From a virus (Duplodnaviria > Heunggongvirae > Uroviricota > Caudoviricetes): a DNA stretch of 64,000 nt. How positions within the stretch are numbered: the stretch's first letter is position 1; each line of letters begins with the position of its first letter. This document shows positions 17,053-27,526 of the stretch, one piece after another. The notes below the pieces were generated by a model that was not told where the DNA came from, ran no database searches, and saw nothing but the letters and a program-made list of their open reading frames with translations. The stretch is taken from positions 111,223 through 175,222 of the IMG/VR virus record IMGVR_UViG_3300000976_000008; one strand, 5' to 3'. The position numbers and the translations under genes are program-made.

Positions 17053-18055
17053 AGGATTCCCATATCGGGAAAAGAAAAAGAAACGAACAAGAGAAGTCGA
17101 GGATCTCCGTCCGCACTTATTCGTAGAGATACCTTATAGAGGTACCGTACGCCGTTCTCAAATTGAAAAAGAAATAGATAGCAAAAGTACCGAAAGAAAC
17201 TTTTGCGTACCTAATCTCCAATACATCGAAGACCATGGTCGAGAGGAATGGGATAAAAATGATGCTCATACTCTTATCGACCTCTACGCAATGGTCGCCT
17301 GGAACAAATCAAAAGGCTTCCACGCAAAAATGAGCCGCCTAGTGACGCACTTCCAAAGCCTATGGAGAAGGCAAAAAGGAAAATGTGCCGTCACAGACCT
17401 CCCACTAATAGGTGGACCAGGACTCGGATGCTATGGAATCGGCATCGATGTTCTGAGAAGAAAACAAGGCCCCTCAAAAGGGAATATCAGACTTGTTTCA
17501 TTTCCAATAGCAATCGCTAGAACTTTTTCAATGCGAAGAAGTCAAGAACTGGAAATGCCTAAAAAGGGTTATTACAAAAATCAACCAATAGCCCACATTA
17601 TCGCCCACAATATGTTCTGGAAATTAAAGAAAGAACAACCATTCAAAAACCTTCCAGTACAAATATCATTTCCTGAACAAGGGAAGAGATCTTATGGTCG
17701 CCCACCATATCTAGTAGTATTCTCCTGGGATCTACCAAAGACGAACCACGCCCTAGACCAGAATCGATACCATTCAGAATCTGAATTCTGCAAAGTTGCC
17801 ATCGATGGAGAAGTGATAAAAATCGATGGTTTGATGGCGGAATTCGCTCATGCTCATGAATATAAGACGATAAAACTCTCATTAGGCGATCCAACTATAG
17901 ATGTATTCCAAATAATTATCGAAGAGGCGAAAAAGAATTTCTCGGTGGGTCTAGCTAGAAGTTTAATGCTTAGGAATCATATCTCTGACGACAACTACGT
18001 AACTAACAAGATTAGGAGAATCGTCGAGAAATATTCAGGCCAAAGTTGTCGATAA
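17027..18055 (+). CDS. Hypothetical protein with a degenerate HNH-like segment
   Basis: LWRRQKGKCAVTDLPL..IGIDVL..KGNIRLVS resembles phage HNH-like nucleases; C-terminal LGDP motif. Confidence 0.5.
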   Translation: MSTNMKIHKGFPYREKKKKRTREVEDLRPHLFVEIPYRGTVRRSQIEKEIDSKSTERNFCVPNLQYIEDHGREEWDKNDAHTLIDLYAMVAWNKSKGFHAKMSRLVTHFQSLWRRQKGKCAVTDLPLIGGPGLGCYGIGIDVLRRKQGPSKGNIRLVSFPIAIARTFSMRRSQELEMPKKGYYKNQPIAHIIAHNMFWKLKKEQPFKNLPVQISFPEQGKRSYGRPPYLVVFSWDLPKTNHALDQNRYHSESEFCKVAIDGEVIKIDGLMAEFAHAHEYKTIKLSLGDPTIDVFQIIIEEAKKNFSVGLARSLMLRNHISDDNYVTNKIRRIVEKYSGQSCR

Positions 18056-18077
18056 ATAGGGATTCTTCAAAGATATC

Positions 18078-18593
18078 TTGGAGAATCAAATGCTAAAAGT
18101 CGACCTAGTATCACTCGCTGACGGTCAATCGTACCGCGACGTTGAAATCTGTGAAGACGAAGATCTCGATAAACTCGGAATCGAAAGAGTCTTCGAAAAT
18201 TGGACCAAATGTCTATTCGCAGATAATAAATGCCTTATCGTCCACCATTGGAATATCAAGGTGATAAGAATCACGCGAGAAATCAAGAGAATTCCAAATA
18301 CTACAAAGCTGAATCGATTAATTCTTTTCGGTGACATAATCTACCAAGACGTATCGCTCGTCAAGAGTGAAGATTGGGAAGCACACGGAATCCCAGAATT
18401 CTTTACCAAAAGAGACGGTATCGCAGGACAAATGGCTTGGGTCTGTCAAGAAGGGACCTTCGTCACACACGATACTAACGTGATAAGTCTGGTAAATGAT
18501 GATCCGAGAAAGAAGGGTATTACCTCTTCTGCTCAATCAAGAAACGTTGTAGAATCAGAAGTTGATACCGTAAACGGCAAAATATCACACTAG
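18078..18593 (+). CDS. Hypothetical protein
   Basis: 171-aa ORF with TTG start. Confidence 0.6.
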   Translation: MENQMLKVDLVSLADGQSYRDVEICEDEDLDKLGIERVFENWTKCLFADNKCLIVHHWNIKVIRITREIKRIPNTTKLNRLILFGDIIYQDVSLVKSEDWEAHGIPEFFTKRDGIAGQMAWVCQEGTFVTHDTNVISLVNDDPRKKGITSSAQSRNVVESEVDTVNGKISH

Positions 18594-18650
18594 ATTTCTT
18601 CCAATTCTTGCGATAGTATTGTAAAAGAATCGCAGTATAGGAAGAAATCA

Positions 18651-20471
18651 ATGCTTGATGATGAGACGCAGCAGGAACCGCCACGTCCACAGCCACGGTT
18701 CGATCTAGATGCCATCGATAAACACTTCCCCATGGCAGATTATAGACCTGGGCAAAAAGACGCTATCGAATTTGCCGCTAACGCATTCAACAATGGCAAA
18801 AGAATCGTCATCATCGAAGCACCAACAGGCAGTGGTAAATCAGCCGTTGGTATGACATTGTCAGATATGGTAAATGACTCATATTACCTGACAATCACTA
18901 AAATCCTTCAAGACCAACTTGCTGAAGACTTTGGTGTAGACACCGATTACCACGACCCAGTAGTAGAACTAAAGGGTAGGAATGCATACCCCTGCACATT
19001 TTGGGATCGCAACGGAAAATCCTTAGTACAAAAGAAACTATGGTCTCAAGATGAATTGACCCAACTAAAGAACAAACACGGAAATTGTGGCGACGGCTTT
19101 TGTAGGACCAAGTATAACCAAGACACAGGCCCAAACGCCAAGAAAATCCGCAAACACAAATGTGAAAAATGCTTCCAAAGCAGAGCAAACGATGAAGGAT
19201 TTGTTGGCGACGTCAAAATCCCAAACGGATCACTTAGTAGCTTACCACCAGGCTTTAAATATTCGACGTGCCCATATTACGAACAAGTTTTCAAGGCAAT
19301 AAGCAGTCGAAAATGCGTGATGAATTTCTCAAGCTTCCTGTTTCAGACGAGCTTAACTAAGAGATTCAATAAGCCTAGAAACTTAATGGTTATTGACGAA
19401 TGCCACAATGTCGAACCAATCCTTCTCGACTTCGTATCTCTAACAATTTCTGACCAGCAATTGCAGAACCATGGGATTATCATCCCAGAATTAGAGACCG
19501 CAGACGCATATGCAGTGTTCTTCGATGACGTAAAAGTTGAAAGAACTCTGATTGAGATCATCAAACAAGCCCAAGCTGATGAAAAGAATAGAATCATAGA
19601 TGATCTATCTAGGACTCTCAAAAAATACAAAACCTTCATGGAACATGTCACCACGACAGGAGCAGAATGGGTTTGTGAATATGAAGAGAAAGTGAACCAA
19701 AACGGAGATGGTCACAGAACTGTAACACTTAAACCAGTCTACGCGATGCAATTTCCAGAAGATCTTCTCTTCCAATATGCAGATAAGATTTTGATGTTAA
19801 GTGCGACTGTCCTCGATGTGGGAGTGATGTGTCGATCACTTGGTGTCGATCGAAGTGAAGTTGCCGCTTTCCGAATGAAAAACAGATTTCCAGTGGAGAA
19901 TCGACCAATCTATATTAAGAGTGTCGCCAAGATGACAGGCGGCAAGTCTAAAATGGGAAGCTGGATGCCTAAACTAGTTAAGGAAGTTGAACGGATAGCT
20001 GCAAAATATCCAGATGAAAAAGGTATTATTCATACTCACAACTTCGCTATCATGGACGGCTTACTACAACGGTGCAATAAGGCGACCAAAGATAGATTGT
20101 GTCACCAAAGATCATTCCGCGACAAATCCGAAATGCTGGCCCATCATGCTAAGACACCACGGAATATCTTAATCGCACCAGCAATGCATGAGGGGATCAA
20201 CCTCATAGGTGACTTGAGTAGATTCCAGATTATCTGTAAAGTCCCATACGCTAACTGCTTCGACAATGAGCAACTGGCCAGGCGGGTCGAAGTAGATAGG
20301 AAATACTACGATTGGCTTACGGCACTAAAATTAGTCCAATCTTATGGTCGTAGTATTCGAAGTATTGACGACCATGCTGATACCTATATTCTCGATGAAT
20401 CAATCGAAAGATTTCTTAGAGTAGCAAAGAAAATGCTACCAGATTGGTTCCTAGAAGCGATCGAAGATTAA
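18651..20471 (+). CDS. SF2 DinG/XPD(Rad3)-family helicase
   Basis: Q motif YRPGQ, EAPTGSGKS, DECH, SAT, EGINL, QSYGRSIRS; Cys-rich Fe-S-type region. Confidence 0.9.
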   Translation: MLDDETQQEPPRPQPRFDLDAIDKHFPMADYRPGQKDAIEFAANAFNNGKRIVIIEAPTGSGKSAVGMTLSDMVNDSYYLTITKILQDQLAEDFGVDTDYHDPVVELKGRNAYPCTFWDRNGKSLVQKKLWSQDELTQLKNKHGNCGDGFCRTKYNQDTGPNAKKIRKHKCEKCFQSRANDEGFVGDVKIPNGSLSSLPPGFKYSTCPYYEQVFKAISSRKCVMNFSSFLFQTSLTKRFNKPRNLMVIDECHNVEPILLDFVSLTISDQQLQNHGIIIPELETADAYAVFFDDVKVERTLIEIIKQAQADEKNRIIDDLSRTLKKYKTFMEHVTTTGAEWVCEYEEKVNQNGDGHRTVTLKPVYAMQFPEDLLFQYADKILMLSATVLDVGVMCRSLGVDRSEVAAFRMKNRFPVENRPIYIKSVAKMTGGKSKMGSWMPKLVKEVERIAAKYPDEKGIIHTHNFAIMDGLLQRCNKATKDRLCHQRSFRDKSEMLAHHAKTPRNILIAPAMHEGINLIGDLSRFQIICKVPYANCFDNEQLARRVEVDRKYYDWLTALKLVQSYGRSIRSIDDHADTYILDESIERFLRVAKKMLPDWFLEAIED

Positions 20472-20911
20472 TGAACACAGAGAATAAAATAAAGAAAGCT
20501 TTAGACTGGTTCAAAATGCTTGACACAGGTCAGAAAGATAAAGCTTTCGTTCAATTGGTCGAGATTGCATTTGAGAGCGAGCATCTAAATATCTATGACG
20601 AAAAGGAAGTAGAAGAAGCGATAGAAGAAGGCTCCAAGCAATCGAAGGCTGAATTGTCTGCACCATATTACCGGTCATGTGGTGACCCGATAATTGAAAT
20701 CGAAAAGAAAAAACCTGTGCCAGGTAAGTATTCTGTCAACGCATCAATCAGTGGTTCAAAATACCTAGGAACTGTTGATGCCGAATCGGAAGAAGATGCT
20801 ATTCAAAAAGGCTACGATTTAGACACAGCCTATTGTTCTCTCTGCCACGAATGCAGCGGAGAATGTGAAGACCCTCATGTCGACGAAATCCACGTATCAT
20901 TAATGCAATAA
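20444..20911 (+). CDS. Hypothetical protein with Cys/His-rich C-terminus
   Basis: CSLCHECSGEC; likely start 20471 (TAATG overlap). Confidence 0.6.
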   Translation: MVPRSDRRLMNTENKIKKALDWFKMLDTGQKDKAFVQLVEIAFESEHLNIYDEKEVEEAIEEGSKQSKAELSAPYYRSCGDPIIEIEKKKPVPGKYSVNASISGSKYLGTVDAESEEDAIQKGYDLDTAYCSLCHECSGECEDPHVDEIHVSLMQ

Positions 20912-21087
20912 TGGACCCAAAAGACTTAAAAGGCAAGATGTTTGTTATTGATTTCGTCCCATATCGTGTGAAAAATGTCACGATTAATGATAAACAAGTC
21001 ATCTTAGATATTACAAATATTGAGGATGAAATTGATAGCAGATTATCATCCTTGAAGGACGGTTTAGATGACCAAAAGATGCGGTGA
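20911..21087 (+). CDS. 58-aa hypothetical protein (MDPKDLKGKMFVIDFVPY...)
   Basis: Below the track cutoff; TAATG overlap with the upstream stop; fills the gap. Confidence 0.55.
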   Translation: MDPKDLKGKMFVIDFVPYRVKNVTINDKQVILDITNIEDEIDSRLSSLKDGLDDQKMR

Positions 21088-21544
21088 TTGCCAACTGTGT
21101 TGTACTTTGATCCCTGTTAAGGAATTGAAGAAACCTGGTAATTCGGTGTGTGAACACCAATGTGCATCAGGATGTGGTATCTATACCGATAGACCGCAAG
21201 AATGTAGGACATATCAATGCCTATGGCGATCTGAAGAAGAATTCCCAGATGAATACAGACCAGATCGTATTGATTGCGTCATCGACCTTCACGAGACATC
21301 AATAGGTCTCGCAGTATTTTGTCACCAAATGAGAGAGGGTCAGTGGCAAGAAGAGAACATCTATGGTCTATTGATTAGAATCGCCAAGTATAATGATTGT
21401 TGGATCTGTGCTGTATATGGTGATAAAGTGGCAATGGCCTTCCCAGAATGGGCTTCTGAACAGCAAAAAACCTTCGATGCTGAAATAGCAAAAGGGAAGA
21501 CCGAACTAGACTTTTACGGTGAGATAATCCATAAAGATGAATGA
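21068..21544 (+). CDS. CxxCxxCC cysteine-cluster (YkgJ-like) protein
   Basis: CGDCQLCC..CEHQ..GCGIYTDRPQECRTYQCLW. Confidence 0.8.
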   Translation: MTKRCGDCQLCCTLIPVKELKKPGNSVCEHQCASGCGIYTDRPQECRTYQCLWRSEEEFPDEYRPDRIDCVIDLHETSIGLAVFCHQMREGQWQEENIYGLLIRIAKYNDCWICAVYGDKVAMAFPEWASEQQKTFDAEIAKGKTELDFYGEIIHKDE

Positions 21545-21857
21545 GTTACTACCTTGCCCGTTTTGTGGCGGAGAAGCTGAATTTGTACGCCTTGGTGACA
21601 AACGAGTCTCATGCCAAGTAAAATGTACTAATTGTGGTGCCTCTCATGAAAGCTCTGATGAGGGTGAGCATAATGGTTCTTCTTGGAACATGAGAGATGA
21701 AGCTTTCATTACTAGAGCTAGCATTAATTGTATGAGATACGTACAATATGCCGATAATGAAAGTAGAAAGCTGAAATGTTCACTCTTCCCATACATAGAC
21801 GGATGGGACCCATTCGCACAATGTATCAGGAAAGCTTTGAGGCTAACCAATAATTAG
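21537..21857 (+). CDS. Lar-family restriction-alleviation-like zinc-finger protein
   Basis: ELLPCPFCGGEA..VKCTNCGA. Confidence 0.7.
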   Translation: MNELLPCPFCGGEAEFVRLGDKRVSCQVKCTNCGASHESSDEGEHNGSSWNMRDEAFITRASINCMRYVQYADNESRKLKCSLFPYIDGWDPFAQCIRKALRLTNN

Positions 21858-22349
21858 CTTCTCATCAAAAGAGTCTTCTGGATAAAGCACTATTTCGACA
21901 CCAGCCTCTTCAAATTGAGCCTTAGCTAAAGTGAATTCATATTCCCATCGATTTGGATCAGCTGCCGCAGTTACGTCAATGAATTTTGGCTCTTTTGATA
22001 CGACTCTTTTGATGCCTGATTGGATCATTACTCCGGCACATCTAGCACAGGACATAAATGGCCAAGTATAGAGACATGACCCAATAATATCACTCTTGTG
22101 TGGAGTATTGATCATAGCATTCACTTCACAGTGAATAATCATTCTATACTTTAGTTCGTGTCTCTTTTGATATCTCTCATCGGTATCATCAACACCTTGG
22201 GCGAAACCATTGAATCCAGAACTGACGAAACTGCGATCAGGTTTGATGATTACTGCACCCGTTTGAGTAGAAGGGTCTTTGGACCAACTTGCTACGAGAC
22301 GTGCATTATCGATGAATCGTCTATCCCACTTTTCGTTAAGCTTTTCCAC
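21843..22349 (-). CDS. dCMP deaminase (ComEB/gp-cd-like)
   Basis: SKDPSTQTGAVI, GFNG, HCEVNA, PFMSCARC. Confidence 0.9.
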   Translation of the reverse strand: MEKLNEKWDRRFIDNARLVASWSKDPSTQTGAVIIKPDRSFVSSGFNGFAQGVDDTDERYQKRHELKYRMIIHCEVNAMINTPHKSDIIGSCLYTWPFMSCARCAGVMIQSGIKRVVSKEPKFIDVTAAADPNRWEYEFTLAKAQFEEAGVEIVLYPEDSFDEKLIIG

Positions 22350-22415
22350 GGAAATTCCTTTGAATACCGAATTCTAAGATACGTATTTAAAGAACGAATC
22401 TTAGAAGGCAGTTAA

Positions 22416-24257
22416 ATGCTAGAATTAAAATCTGTAGCCTGGCGAAACTTCATGTCGTATGGCGACTATGAAACTACGCTAGAATTAGATCAACTTGGTC
22501 AGTGTCTAATAACAGGCCAAGTAAACGATGATGATAAATCATTACTCCAAGCTAGCACAAATCCCTTATCGGCATGTCGATCGAATGGTGCCGGGAAATC
22601 TACTGTTGTCAATGTGATTCAATGGGTTCTCTTTGGCAGGACAATGCACTCAGCAAGTCCTGGTGACAAAGTGATCAATTTCTTCACCGGAAAGAATTGC
22701 TGGGCCAAAATCACCTTCAAGAATGGTGATAGTATATTACGCACCAGAAAAGTGGGAAATCACAGTGAATTACATTATGTGAAGGACGGTAACGATACCA
22801 GTCTTACTAGTGATACACTATCAACTGCTCGAAATCAGCAAAAACAACTCAATAGGGAATTCGGCCTTGATTGGGAAGTATTTTCCGGTTCCGTATTCTT
22901 CAATCAGTATGGCAAACCCTGGATGGAGATGGCCGACTCAACACGCAAGAAAGCTATTGAGAGAGTTCTGCATGTTGATAAATTCGCATATTATGCTGAA
23001 AATGCGAATAGTAAATGTCAAGTCCTCGATAAACAAATTGAGGATAGACGCCGCAAGATAGAAACCAACGGAGAGGCCATCGGGAGGGCCGAGAATAATA
23101 TCGAAAGGCTACAGAGGGCATCCGACAACTACGGGGCCAGCAAAAAAGAAAGAATGAAAGAAAGGCTACAACAAGCCGTCCAAGAAAAAGAGAAACGAGG
23201 TGCCATAGAAAAGCCAGACCTCGATAAACTCAAAGGGAAATGGGCAATTGTTGACAAGATCGAAGCAAGAATCTCCAAAATCCAAAAAGATGATATAAAT
23301 CGGTTGAATCGAGAAATATCTTCAACCGAAGGGGATATAGATTCCCTTAAATCCAAAATAAAGAGATGGGAGGCAAAATCAGGGAAAGTATGCAACGCTT
23401 GCGAACAGCCAGTACCAGACACGCATACCGCCGCAAAAATTGAACCAATCTCTGAAATGCTCGAAGAAAAGCAAGAAGAACTCAAGACCAAGAAAGAAGA
23501 GCTGGCAAAAGTTCGAAAAATGCTCAAGGTCGCTGAAACCATGCTACAAGAGCGTAAGCCAGACATGACAATGCGTGCCGCCAAAGACCTTCATAGCTCA
23601 TGGGATAGACACACTTCTGCGATTAAAAGGCTAACTGCTGAAGTAGCAGAAATCAAGGCTGAGACTAATCCCCATACTGAAGCAATTGCGGAAGCTAAAG
23701 GGCGAGTTGAAAAATATAAAGCCGATATGGTGGTTCTTGAGAAAGAGATCGAAGAAGATACTTATCTCAACCGACACTATAAGTATATTTATAAAGCCTA
23801 CAACGATCGAACCAAGATCAAGAGCTTTGTCTTCAAAGAGCATATTCCTTTCATCAATAGTAGATTAAGGCATTATCTCGATGTTTTCGGTCTCGATATC
23901 CAGTTAGAACTTACTCCAGCACTCGGTATCAAGAGTAATATGTGGGGATATGAATTCGAATCTGGTGGTGAGAGAAAAAGGACCGACGTGGCCTTCATGC
24001 TCGCCATGTTCGATTTCCACGAACAGATGTATGGGCGGCAATGCAATATACTGGTCTTGGACGAAGTTGATGGCCGTCTCGACGATGATGGAATAGAATC
24101 ATTAATCGACATCATCAAAAGCGATCTCGCTCCTAAGGTGGAGACCGTGCTAATTATTTCACATAGGAATATGATGCATGACACATTCCCATGTGAGTTG
24201 AGGGTTGCGAGAACTGATAGATTTTCGCAAATTATCCAAGCTGGTATTGGCGTCTAG
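22416..24257 (+). CDS. sbcC: Rad50/SbcC/gp46-like SMC-family ATPase
   Basis: NFMSYG, NGAGKS (Walker A), coiled coil with CNAC hook, ESGGE signature, LVLDE (Walker B), ISH. Confidence 0.92.
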   Translation: MLELKSVAWRNFMSYGDYETTLELDQLGQCLITGQVNDDDKSLLQASTNPLSACRSNGAGKSTVVNVIQWVLFGRTMHSASPGDKVINFFTGKNCWAKITFKNGDSILRTRKVGNHSELHYVKDGNDTSLTSDTLSTARNQQKQLNREFGLDWEVFSGSVFFNQYGKPWMEMADSTRKKAIERVLHVDKFAYYAENANSKCQVLDKQIEDRRRKIETNGEAIGRAENNIERLQRASDNYGASKKERMKERLQQAVQEKEKRGAIEKPDLDKLKGKWAIVDKIEARISKIQKDDINRLNREISSTEGDIDSLKSKIKRWEAKSGKVCNACEQPVPDTHTAAKIEPISEMLEEKQEELKTKKEELAKVRKMLKVAETMLQERKPDMTMRAAKDLHSSWDRHTSAIKRLTAEVAEIKAETNPHTEAIAEAKGRVEKYKADMVVLEKEIEEDTYLNRHYKYIYKAYNDRTKIKSFVFKEHIPFINSRLRHYLDVFGLDIQLELTPALGIKSNMWGYEFESGGERKRTDVAFMLAMFDFHEQMYGRQCNILVLDEVDGRLDDDGIESLIDIIKSDLAPKVETVLIISHRNMMHDTFPCELRVARTDRFSQIIQAGIGV

Positions 24258-24298
24258 GAAAATATATAATAGGTCTAGCTTTAACTATTGGGCTTCCT

Positions 24299-24826
24299 AT
24301 GGATTCCTACGCAATCGACAAAATCAAGCACGTCTCGAATACTGAAGTTATTCGACGTTTATTGATAAAATATTTCATTGATAAAGGGTTCGCCGAGAGC
24401 TTTGATAGGCAATTGCACCCAAGTCTAATCCAAGATCTTCCAGCAGTAATTCCTATGCTGATGAATAAGCTGGAAGTTGTCCCATATGCTGAAGAAGTTG
24501 ATACTTCTATTGGGAAGGCCAAGATTGGATGGAATCTTTTTGTTCTTGGCAACCAGCGGATGTATCTGGGGGAGACCCACCATAATAATCTAAAGGACTT
24601 AGCCCGTCAGATTCATACGGGGCTTATTATGCCGGAAGGTGCTTCTTCAGCACGTAAACAAACTACCCCAAGACGCATCGTTTCTTTTATTACGAGGGTC
24701 TTGGGGAATCATACTGCAGGATTTGTTGATCTTTCTCCGAGTGCTATCCCTGCTAGTGACCAGGGACAGCTATACGGGAGTAAGGGAATGCCGCAGCAGT
24801 TTGTTACTCGCGGTGGATATCGATAA
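24299..24826 (+). CDS. Hypothetical protein
   Basis: 175-aa ORF. Confidence 0.7.
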   Translation: MDSYAIDKIKHVSNTEVIRRLLIKYFIDKGFAESFDRQLHPSLIQDLPAVIPMLMNKLEVVPYAEEVDTSIGKAKIGWNLFVLGNQRMYLGETHHNNLKDLARQIHTGLIMPEGASSARKQTTPRRIVSFITRVLGNHTAGFVDLSPSAIPASDQGQLYGSKGMPQQFVTRGGYR

Positions 24827-24851
24827 TCAGACGAATTGATTACTTCTTGAA

Positions 24852-25157
24852 TTAAGTCGCTGGTTGGCGAGATTCGAGATCGACAGTCGTGGGTGACATG
24901 TCGATATCCTTCAATCCCATGACGACGAAGCCCGGTTGCTGCTGAAAATCAGTCATGTAGCTGACGATTTTTCGGAGTCCGCGACCCGTGAAGTTCTCTA
25001 TCTGTGGTAACCATTCGCGTATGTCCAGAATGTCTCCCACGCGATAATCGCGATCGTTTTTGCGAATCTCGAACGGCTTTTCGCCGTCCCAGATTTTTGC
25101 GAAGTATTCGGGCCAGCACTTCAAGACATGGACGCTGGGGCGTTTTGGCTGGTTCAT
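24852..25157 (-). CDS. ASCH/DUF3850 domain protein
   Basis: HVLKCWPEYF..GEKPFEIRKNDRDYRVGDILDIREW. Confidence 0.85.
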   Translation of the reverse strand: MNQPKRPSVHVLKCWPEYFAKIWDGEKPFEIRKNDRDYRVGDILDIREWLPQIENFTGRGLRKIVSYMTDFQQQPGFVVMGLKDIDMSPTTVDLESRQPAT

Positions 25158-25164
25158 ATCTACT

Positions 25165-26676
25165 TCAATTTGATTGTGGTACTAATCCGTGGACTAGACA
25201 CACGTTGCGGATTACTTCCATTTGGATCGTCACAGATCGTGTCGTAATTCCCAAGAATTTGGCGATATGATTCTTTTTAGGACGATCATCTCCGTGTTCG
25301 TCTGAGAATCTGTTGTAAATCTCTCCAAGTCCGCATTGGATGTCGAAGATGTCTTGACAGACTCCTTCTGGAAGCGATTCTCGAACAGCTACGATTACGT
25401 CATTTGTGTCGATAACTGCTACGTGATCGTCTTGGTTCATCTTTTCTGCCCCGATGGTCCGGAATGAGATTTGGCTGATGGTGAAATCTCCATCAGCGTC
25501 TCCGGTGCCGGTTGAATTGTTGTCCAAAACCAGCACGTGTTCCGGTCTGGAGACCAAAGCTTTAAGCTCTCCAGCCATCTTGTTTTCGATAACGTGGATC
25601 TCTCGCCGATCACACTGTATCTCAACGCCACTGGTTTTTCCTTTTTTAACCAATACGGCTAGTTCTGCTGTGAATTCGGGGGGAGTTAGTAGACCCACAA
25701 CGGCGATTGTGTATTTTCCTCGCTTCGGACTGTCTTCTTTGCAGTAGTGGAAGTCAATCTTCATCTTTTTGCAGAGTGCTAGGATCTCTTCTACGATAAT
25801 CTCGTCTGCTCTGCCGCTGATTTCTCGCGGTTCTTTGCGATGCTCTTTGCGGCTGTTTTCAGCGAGTTGTTGCCGGAAGTAATTCCAGACGAATTCTCCG
25901 AAGAATTTGGACAATTGCTTATCGTCACTGAGGATTTTGTTGGGGTCGGAGTATTTCTTATCCCCTTTGGTGTAAGCAATTGGCGATTCGGATTTTGGTG
26001 CTCTTTGAACTGGTGTGAAGTTCTTGTAGCTATCTTGGAATTCCTTGATGGTAATATATGACCCAACTATTAGGTCCGTATCACCGGCTTCAATCACCCT
26101 CGTCTTTTTGCAATTTGGGCAGTCGATCTTTTGGCGATCGATGTTTCTGACGACTTTTTGCTGAGTGACCCAGGTACTTGATCCACAATTTTCGCAGTGG
26201 AATGTATACTTACGATGGTAGAGAAGTTCTACTGTAGCTTTCCAGACTGCCACTTGGAATTCGATGTCTCCGCACCGTTTATCACTTGAGTAGTCGGCTC
26301 CAATTGTGTTGCCAAGTTCGTCGATCACTCCTGCTCGGTGCTTTGCCATTGCTGGGTGACCTGAAACGTACTGAACGACGTCTGAAACGTGCTTTTCTTC
26401 CTCTGGCGTCAGAGATTTCATTGTTACGTTGGCCAGAGATCCGCGTAGGTATAACTCAGGCATCTGTCTAACAAGACCCATGTTGATTGTACTTTCAGTT
26501 GTTTGTTGAGATGAAACGTTGCAAACTGCGAAGTAATTTTTGGAACTCTCGACACATACATCTGTATTGTGGAAAGAACCATCCGGTAATTTGTTGCAAA
26601 AGGTAGGCGATGAGTCAATATTGCGATAGCAAGGTTTTGGAACGCAACTGGTTCCAATGGATTGTGTCCTCGGCAA
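25165..26676 (-). CDS. Divergent sigma70-like factor with Zn-ribbon insertion (true start probably downstream of 26676)
   Basis: Region-2-like EFQVAVWKAT and FFGEFVWNYFRQQL; CENC/CPNC insert; C-terminal HTH KNHIAKFLGITTRSVTIQMEVIR. Confidence 0.55.
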   Translation of the reverse strand: MPRTQSIGTSCVPKPCYRNIDSSPTFCNKLPDGSFHNTDVCVESSKNYFAVCNVSSQQTTESTINMGLVRQMPELYLRGSLANVTMKSLTPEEEKHVSDVVQYVSGHPAMAKHRAGVIDELGNTIGADYSSDKRCGDIEFQVAVWKATVELLYHRKYTFHCENCGSSTWVTQQKVVRNIDRQKIDCPNCKKTRVIEAGDTDLIVGSYITIKEFQDSYKNFTPVQRAPKSESPIAYTKGDKKYSDPNKILSDDKQLSKFFGEFVWNYFRQQLAENSRKEHRKEPREISGRADEIIVEEILALCKKMKIDFHYCKEDSPKRGKYTIAVVGLLTPPEFTAELAVLVKKGKTSGVEIQCDRREIHVIENKMAGELKALVSRPEHVLVLDNNSTGTGDADGDFTISQISFRTIGAEKMNQDDHVAVIDTNDVIVAVRESLPEGVCQDIFDIQCGLGEIYNRFSDEHGDDRPKKNHIAKFLGITTRSVTIQMEVIRNVCLVHGLVPQSN

Positions 26677-27389
26677 CTCCTGAGCTTGATCCTTTCCGGA
26701 ACGCAGGAATCTTGTGGACCAAAATTGTTGGCACGGTTAAAAAAGATGACGGGAGTGATCTTTTAAAGAATGGGAAGCCGTTGGACGATCCTTCTTACCC
26801 AACTCGTTCACATTGTCTCGCTTTTGGTCACCCAATCTATTTCAACAGTTACAACGGCAAACCGCAGTCATCGGGCCTCATCTTTGTTGATGAAGAATCC
26901 CGATCGATTGAAATAAAGCCTTTATCAGATGAGTTACACCTCCTATCGGACTCTTGGGTCCACAATTTTGATCAGCCTCTTAACCAACAGACATTTATTC
27001 CACACATCGAAGTCAACAAATACTTCAAAGAGATGGCTTCTGAAGTAGCTTGGCACGCAATTCTTTCAGATATTGATAAGATGTGCCAAGGAATAGCGAT
27101 GAACTTCAAGCAGGGTTCTGAAGAAGAACGTATGGATCTTGCCAACGAAGCTCTTTTGCAAGTGACAAACAAACTTGTCAATAAGAAATTGGTATACACA
27201 CCAGGCAGAGCACCGGTATTCAACTTGCTCACGACGACAATTTTCCGGTGCATGTATTCTATAATGAATCGGCGTAATAATAGAAAACGCGGTCAAGCGA
27301 GACTATTGGAAGAAGCCGAAGCAGGAATTCTACCGAATGCACGACGGTCTCTGAGAATTCCAAAAAGACGACCCATTAAATCAAACTAG
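26610..27389 (+). CDS. Sigma70 region-2-only factor (gp55-like architecture)
   Basis: IDKMCQGIAMNF..EERMDLANEALLQV..YTPGRAPVFNLLTTTIFRCMYSIMNR. Confidence 0.55.
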   Translation: MSQYCDSKVLERNWFQWIVSSATPELDPFRNAGILWTKIVGTVKKDDGSDLLKNGKPLDDPSYPTRSHCLAFGHPIYFNSYNGKPQSSGLIFVDEESRSIEIKPLSDELHLLSDSWVHNFDQPLNQQTFIPHIEVNKYFKEMASEVAWHAILSDIDKMCQGIAMNFKQGSEEERMDLANEALLQVTNKLVNKKLVYTPGRAPVFNLLTTTIFRCMYSIMNRRNNRKRGQARLLEEAEAGILPNARRSLRIPKRRPIKSN

Positions 27390-27404
27390 GGCCGATCTGT
27401 CAAT

Positions 27405-27428
27405 GCCGGGGAGATACTTCACCCCGGT
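27405..27428 (+). terminator. GC-rich hairpin after the sigma-like gene (possible terminator)
   Basis: CCGGGG-N10-CCCCGG followed by AT-rich sequence; no classic U tract. Confidence 0.4.
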
Positions 27429-27526
27429 ATATATCTTAAATACGTTCGAATGCTCCTCGCAACTAATTGAATGTATTGGAATAGAAACAACTATAGAAAT
27501 GTTCTAAGGATATATGAAAGCTGAAT

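Noticed and set aside
23129-23584. 151-aa Ser/Phe-rich antisense ORF
   Set aside because: Antisense shadow of the SbcC coiled coil; typical of the A-rich coding strand.
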